Part shown: positions 17,765 to 22,238 of the stretch, piece by piece
Position numbering within the stretch: the stretch's first letter is position 1
Layout: each line of letters starts with the position of its first letter
From: Methanocella sp.
GTDB taxonomy: Archaea; Thermoproteota; Bathyarchaeia; Bathyarchaeales; Bathycorpusculaceae
DNA: 22,238 nucleotides
NCBI GenBank assembly: GCA_050261115.1
Contig: JBLNCY010000061.1
Span: forward strand, 1-22,238
Direction: 5' to 3'
The notes under the pieces: generated by a model
The model's database searches: none
Seen by the model: the letters and a program-made list of their open reading frames with translations, nothing else
Told to the model about the DNA's origin: nothing
Position numbers and translations under genes: made by a program

Positions 17765-18883
17765 ATGCCAAGCCCCAAGAATATCAAAGAGTACATCGGT
17801 GACTTGTACAAGGAGCCACCAGCCGAAGTTATCTCAAAGATTAGGGTTGACTTGGAGCCTTTTATTGGCAAAATTATAAAATCCGATTCCCATGAATTAT
17901 ATCTAGTAGGTCGGAAATCTAGACATCTATTTCACCCTTTAATTACATCACGCTTGGTTGAACAAAGCCCAGGCATACATTTCCTTAACGTCCTGATGGG
18001 TATAAAGAATGGTTCACGTGTCTGTATCATAGATTCGCCTGGCAGAGTTCCAAAAGAAATATCTCTGTTAGCTGATTCAATAGACGAAGGCGAAGAAAAA
18101 GAAGTCCTCGTTAACATTCTGAAGAAGTACGATTGTAATATAAGCAAGATATTTTGCTATGTTGCCAATCAACAAGGGATTGATTACCTAGTTGCTAAGA
18201 ATGTCTTTACCAGAGACCAGATAATTGCCCTACATACAATACCAAAAGCAGAGTATAGACTTTTCAACAACAGACTTGAGACATACTACCAATCCCGTAT
18301 TGAGCCCATGGATATAGACCATGCTTTCGATATCTATAGCTTTGCGACTAAAATTTCAAGCGAAGACCTTTTCCTATTTTTCAAGACAGCAGTACAAGAA
18401 GCGCTAAAATGTGGAAAAGGCGATTTCTCGGAAGCTGAAAAATTAACCGAAAAGGACGTTGCTAATAACATACTATTCGTACCCGATGAAATAAAAAATT
18501 TTAATTTCGATTGCTATGATTTTTCTGGCTGTAATGCGTTCTGTAAAGCCATGGTTCCACGACTACTAACTGGAGCTGAAGTGGAATACGTACAAATTAG
18601 GCTTAAAGCTGAGCTGAAAGATACAGAATCAACTATATGTTTGATGGTTTTCTGCCCACTAAACCCGCAATCCTTCTCCCTAGAGACCATAAAAGCAAAC
18701 AAATGCTTAGGCTCGCCTAGTTGTCCCGTGCAAGACGTTGCTTACGACAATACAAGATTTACTCAGGATGAAATAATGGATATCAAATGCCCTCAATGTA
18801 TTGAAAATAGACTATCTGGAGCGATACTTCAGAAGGTAATGGGTAAGCTTAAGTTTCTAATAAATGGCGACAAAATGCAATAA
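17765..18883 (+). CDS. hypothetical protein with degenerate phosphoribosyltransferase-like domain and Cys-rich C-terminus
   Basis: LYLVGRKS. ISLLADSIDEG resembles the hhhhDDxxxxG PRPP loop and is followed by helix-strand. PMDIDH; C-x5-C...CPQC. Confidence 0.6.
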   Translation: MPSPKNIKEYIGDLYKEPPAEVISKIRVDLEPFIGKIIKSDSHELYLVGRKSRHLFHPLITSRLVEQSPGIHFLNVLMGIKNGSRVCIIDSPGRVPKEISLLADSIDEGEEKEVLVNILKKYDCNISKIFCYVANQQGIDYLVAKNVFTRDQIIALHTIPKAEYRLFNNRLETYYQSRIEPMDIDHAFDIYSFATKISSEDLFLFFKTAVQEALKCGKGDFSEAEKLTEKDVANNILFVPDEIKNFNFDCYDFSGCNAFCKAMVPRLLTGAEVEYVQIRLKAELKDTESTICLMVFCPLNPQSFSLETIKANKCLGSPSCPVQDVAYDNTRFTQDEIMDIKCPQCIENRLSGAILQKVMGKLKFLINGDKMQ

Positions 18884-18897
18884 GATAGCATACCTAG

Positions 18898-19023
18898 TTA
18901 CGTATGCCATTCTATAGGTCGCTTTTTACCTGCATAACCGACGTAATGACTTATCCGTACTGAATTTCCACTTTGCTGTACGTGCCCTCTACTCCGCATA
19001 ATGGGCATACTGCTTTTTGTCAT
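18898..19023 (-). pseudogene. degenerate second copy of the intN-like small ORF
   Basis: Removing one A from the A-run after ATGAC and restoring one base 10 codons later gives MTKAVCPLCGVEGxVQQSGNSVRISHYVGYAGKKRPIEWHT. That is 22/41 identical and colinear with the ORF starting at 16330. Confidence 0.8.
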
Positions 19024-19064
19024 TTTACTTCTATCCTTCTTCGTTCTGCCAGCACTGAGTCCTT

Positions 19065-19250
19065 CCGTTGACTTAAAAGGTCTGGTTACTAGCTATAGAA
19101 TTCCTAAAAATTGACTTTGACGTAAACTCGTATACCATAACCTATTTCTGTTTTTCTTAGCGTAATCAGGAACCGCATACATTGGGCTGTCCAGTCGTAG
19201 AGTTTAGGTCACACTTAACCGCTCAAGATTACTTAAGGCTAAGTCAACGG
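19065..19250. repeat. perfect 11-bp inverted repeat pair
   Basis: CCGTTGACTTA (19065-19075) and TAAGTCAACGG (19240-19250). Confidence 0.7.
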
Positions 19251-19328
19251 TTTTACGGGTATCGGTATGTCCTCATAGCAAAAATAGCATTAGCCCTTCC
19301 GATTGAAGTTAATTGAATCAATACCTAG

Positions 19329-20162
19329 CTATAGCTCACCCGTAAGAATTGCATGGCTTGAATTATTATCCGCAATATAAGACGTTAGGAGAATCGTGTA
19401 AGACAATGCTAGTATGGCATCCTCTTTTTTAATTGTACGAATGTGCGTCTGAACATTTTCTTCTCCGCCATGACGAAGATTCGGGTAATCATTAGAGAAT
19501 TTGCAAAATTTTTGTATAGATTCCAAAAGAGCGGTATGAGGGAAACAATCCTTACAGGCTTTCAATGCATCCGATAGTTTGTCAGAATCCATTTTGCCTT
19601 GTATTTCAATTCCTTTATCACGTAAAATTCCTTCAAGTAGATTATTGGCGACTCGAATGCAGTTTTCTTCGGCAACCTCTTCGTTGAATAAACCAACATT
19701 TTTTTCTAGAGAGTCCAATGAATGTTTCCTGAGTGGTTTGGAAGATACAGACTTTTTAAGTACTTCGTATTGACTAACTATCAGTCCAATAAGAGATAAC
19801 CGTATTTTACAATCAGCCGTAATAAAGTATCTTAGATTATGCTGTGTTATAAAATTCTCAAGCAAGTTTTTGTAGTCCTTGCTAATTCTTCGCTCATTCA
19901 TATCTGAAAGCGTATTGTAGAATTCTTCTAAAAGTGTCAAACATGTTTTTTCGTCGGATGGTATGATTTTGTTCTTGAATGTGTCTCTCGCTAGTTTGGG
20001 GTCATTAAGAGCTTCTTCATTAGGAGGAATCTTGAGTTTTCTGCAACCGCAGTCATACAATTCTATGAATATATCGACTGGAGTGTATGCCTTTTTGCCT
20101 ATAGGTACCCATATCTCTTTCCAGAGAAGACTCCAATTGGATACCAGAAGATAAGAGCTCAT
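19329..20162 (-). CDS. hypothetical protein with Abi/HEPN-like C-terminal helical domain
   Basis: NCIRVANNLLEGIL...KLSDALK...H.AL...I.KF..FSNDYPNLRHGG...EDA.L pattern. ATGA overlap with the hsdS stop. Confidence 0.6.
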   Translation of the reverse strand: MSSYLLVSNWSLLWKEIWVPIGKKAYTPVDIFIELYDCGCRKLKIPPNEEALNDPKLARDTFKNKIIPSDEKTCLTLLEEFYNTLSDMNERRISKDYKNLLENFITQHNLRYFITADCKIRLSLIGLIVSQYEVLKKSVSSKPLRKHSLDSLEKNVGLFNEEVAEENCIRVANNLLEGILRDKGIEIQGKMDSDKLSDALKACKDCFPHTALLESIQKFCKFSNDYPNLRHGGEENVQTHIRTIKKEDAILALSYTILLTSYIADNNSSHAILTGEL

Positions 20163-21370
20163 TTAGCCTCTTCACCCTTGAAGCATTTTAACATCATTGA
20201 ATCGAAGACGAGTCCGATTTTATCCATTGAAAGAGATTGCTTCTGCTGAATCTCTGTTAATTTTCGAAAAACGCAAGAATATTTCTGTTGTGCCTCTATT
20301 GGAGGTGCCATTAATAGTAACTCTCTTTGTGTAGTAATTGGCACTTGATTACGGGTTGTCTGCTTCATAATCAAAGTTAATTGTCCTTGAAAAGCTGAGG
20401 ACCTTAAAGCACTAAAAAGGTATTCTGAAGTCATAAATTCAGGGTTAGGCCTAAATGCAGTTAATGAAGTACCAATCAAGGCTCTTTTAAATGCCCCATT
20501 GTATAGCCCCACTCTTCCAACCGTCGCATTATGTGCCAGAAGCACATCCCCTTTTTCTAACCATCCAATCTTTAATTGGTTGGCTTTTTTATAGTTCAAT
20601 CTAGATATCGATGACTCGATAATTTGTCCCGTTTCATCAATATCTTTAGCCGTAATGAAGGGTACTCCTTCCCCCGATTTTGAGAATTCATAAGCCCTCG
20701 GGTAAAGACTACCATGATTCCCGTCTTTATGTAAAAGAAGGTACTTTCTTTTTAGCAGTTCTCCAATTGTGAGCTTAGAAGAACGTCCATCGCTATCTGA
20801 AAACATCCGTAAGAATAAAGATTGTAGTAATCTGCTTGAAATTTCATTTACTTGTTCACGTTTTTCTCTTAATAATTCGCTTTTTCTTAACATGTTTACT
20901 ATTTGTTCTTGAGTACTCATTTCTGGAACAGGAACGTCTGTATCAAGGAGCAATGCAGGAGAAATTCTAGGTAGATTCGCCCCCGTTGATTTTGCCGTAA
21001 CCATTGATGTTACGGAAGGCGTACGTAAGAAGAAGTAAAGGTACTCTTTGTTAATTAGCGCCTGATTTGGTTTTAAGGGCAGTATGTCTGTGCTACAAAT
21101 TCCCGTAACAGATGCTAGTGCCACTTTTTTTAAGTATGGTCTTAATTTTCCGAATAGAATGCAATCAGGAGTAAAAGCAAATTTTGCACTCTTTAAATTG
21201 ACATTGTTTACTCGCTGGTAAGATAATTTTCCGCTCTCTTTTTCTATATTTTCAAGACCCACATAGAATTCGTAGTTTTTAAAGAAATTTGGCATAACCT
21301 GTTTGCTTTCTATCCGACAAAGGTCACCTAGCTTCATTGTTTGGACTGTTAATTGTGAAGAAGTCTTCAT
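20159..21370 (-). CDS. hsdS: type I restriction-modification specificity subunit
   Basis: Two TRDs (KLGDLC...ILFGKLRPYLKKV; GDVLLAHNATVG). Conserved VPVPEMSTQEQIV and APPIEAQQKY helices; ends in KCFKGE. Confidence 0.93.
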   Translation of the reverse strand: MKTSSQLTVQTMKLGDLCRIESKQVMPNFFKNYEFYVGLENIEKESGKLSYQRVNNVNLKSAKFAFTPDCILFGKLRPYLKKVALASVTGICSTDILPLKPNQALINKEYLYFFLRTPSVTSMVTAKSTGANLPRISPALLLDTDVPVPEMSTQEQIVNMLRKSELLREKREQVNEISSRLLQSLFLRMFSDSDGRSSKLTIGELLKRKYLLLHKDGNHGSLYPRAYEFSKSGEGVPFITAKDIDETGQIIESSISRLNYKKANQLKIGWLEKGDVLLAHNATVGRVGLYNGAFKRALIGTSLTAFRPNPEFMTSEYLFSALRSSAFQGQLTLIMKQTTRNQVPITTQRELLLMAPPIEAQQKYSCVFRKLTEIQQKQSLSMDKIGLVFDSMMLKCFKGEEAK

Positions 21371-22238
21371 TTCAGCATCTCTTTTAACTCGGTTATACCC
21401 TTCGTTATTTCACGCTCAATTGTCTCAAGCTCATTCATCAAAGCTTCTGGGTCTACTCGTTCAGTAGCTTCTTCTTTACAGCTTTTATACCGAGAAATTG
21501 AGAGGTTATAGTCTGAATCTTTAATTTTTAAAGCGGAAACATTGATGCTATGTTCCGATTTGATACGTTTTCGAAACTTAGCCAAGACATCGGGAATATC
21601 ACCCTTTCCATCTATTCGCTCTCTCTTTTGGTCTAATGAATACCCGTCTTTTGACATTTCGTAAAACCAAACATTCTCAGTTTTCCCACCTTTTGTGAAA
21701 ACGAGTATTGATGTACCGACCCCTGAATAAGGGAGAAAAACACCTGAGGGCATAGAGATTACTGCATCAAGTTGACAATTTTCTAAAAGTAATTTTCTTG
21801 CTTGGACGTGTGCGTTGGTAGAGCCAAACAATACACCGTTTGGAACGATAACGGCCGCCTTACCGCCTATCCTCAATAGGTTATAAAATAGATTAACAAA
21901 GAGCAATTCAGTTTTTGTAGTCTCAAGTTTGAAAGAGTCATTGATATCACTTTCATCTATTGAGCCAGAGAATGGGGGATTAGCGAGAACAATGTCATAT
22001 ACAGGTTTTTGCTCAAACTTTTTAGAGAGGGTATCGGCGTACTTAATATTTGGTCTCTCGATTCCATGGAGAATCATATTCATTAAGCCTATACGAACCA
22101 TCGTCGTATCAAAATCAAATCCATAGAATGTTTCTCTCTTTAGTAGATTCCAGTGAGATTTCTCAACAATTTTATCGCCTACAAGGTTATGTGCAATACC
22201 ATCTTCATCGAACTGTATTATTTCCTGAGAAGTGTGCT
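21367..22238 (-). CDS. hsdM: type I restriction-modification N6-adenine methyltransferase (5'-partial)
   Basis: Frame is open to the window edge (FYGFDFDTTMVRIGLMNMILHG). LANPPF catalytic motif, IVPNGVLFG, GVFLPYSGVGT, DGYSLD.KR. Confidence 0.95.
   Translation of the reverse strand, partial: HTSQEIIQFDEDGIAHNLVGDKIVEKSHWNLLKRETFYGFDFDTTMVRIGLMNMILHGIERPNIKYADTLSKKFEQKPVYDIVLANPPFSGSIDESDINDSFKLETTKTELLFVNLFYNLLRIGGKAAVIVPNGVLFGSTNAHVQARKLLLENCQLDAVISMPSGVFLPYSGVGTSILVFTKGGKTENVWFYEMSKDGYSLDQKRERIDGKGDIPDVLAKFRKRIKSEHSINVSALKIKDSDYNLSISRYKSCKEEATERVDPEALMNELETIEREITKGITELKEMLK

Larger units (their letters stand above)
16118..22238. mobile_element. tRNA-Val-anchored integrated element / defence island (continues beyond window)
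   Basis: Begins at the tRNA 3' end and is visibly AT-richer than the core genes. Carries an intN-like ORF, conflict-type genes and a type I R-M locus. Confidence 0.8.

Overview
Archaeal chromosomal window, probably Bathyarchaeia-like (inferred from protein style, GGAGG ribosome-binding sites and TATA-like promoters). Positions 1-1540 hold two small minus-strand ORFs and a 5'-truncated, stop-interrupted NosD-like surface-protein pseudogene bracketed by a ~21-bp imperfect direct repeat. Positions 1630-15900 are core metabolism: indolepyruvate decarboxylase, a B12-binding radical SAM enzyme, a P-type ATPase, a tandem ferredoxin/MvhD-domain gene directly upstream of an NfnAB/SudAB pair, thioredoxin reductase, a cblT-cblS-like alpha-ribazole salvage pair and a rubredoxin-fused pyruvate-oxidase-like enzyme. 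A tRNA-Val(TAC) at 16040-16117 anchors a visibly AT-richer integrated island that runs off the right edge. The island starts with a CxxC small ORF reading antisense into the tRNA, as expected for an SSV-type split-integrase N fragment. A second, frameshifted copy of that ORF with a homologous leader lies at 18898-19088. Between the two copies is the best candidate for a new system: stand-alone HD-CE-like hydrolase + wHTH + divergent degenerate PRTase-like Cys-rich protein. Beyond it is a type I R-M locus (hsdM, hsdS) with a translationally coupled Abi/HEPN-like gene. All family assignments are by-eye motif recognition, not database searches.
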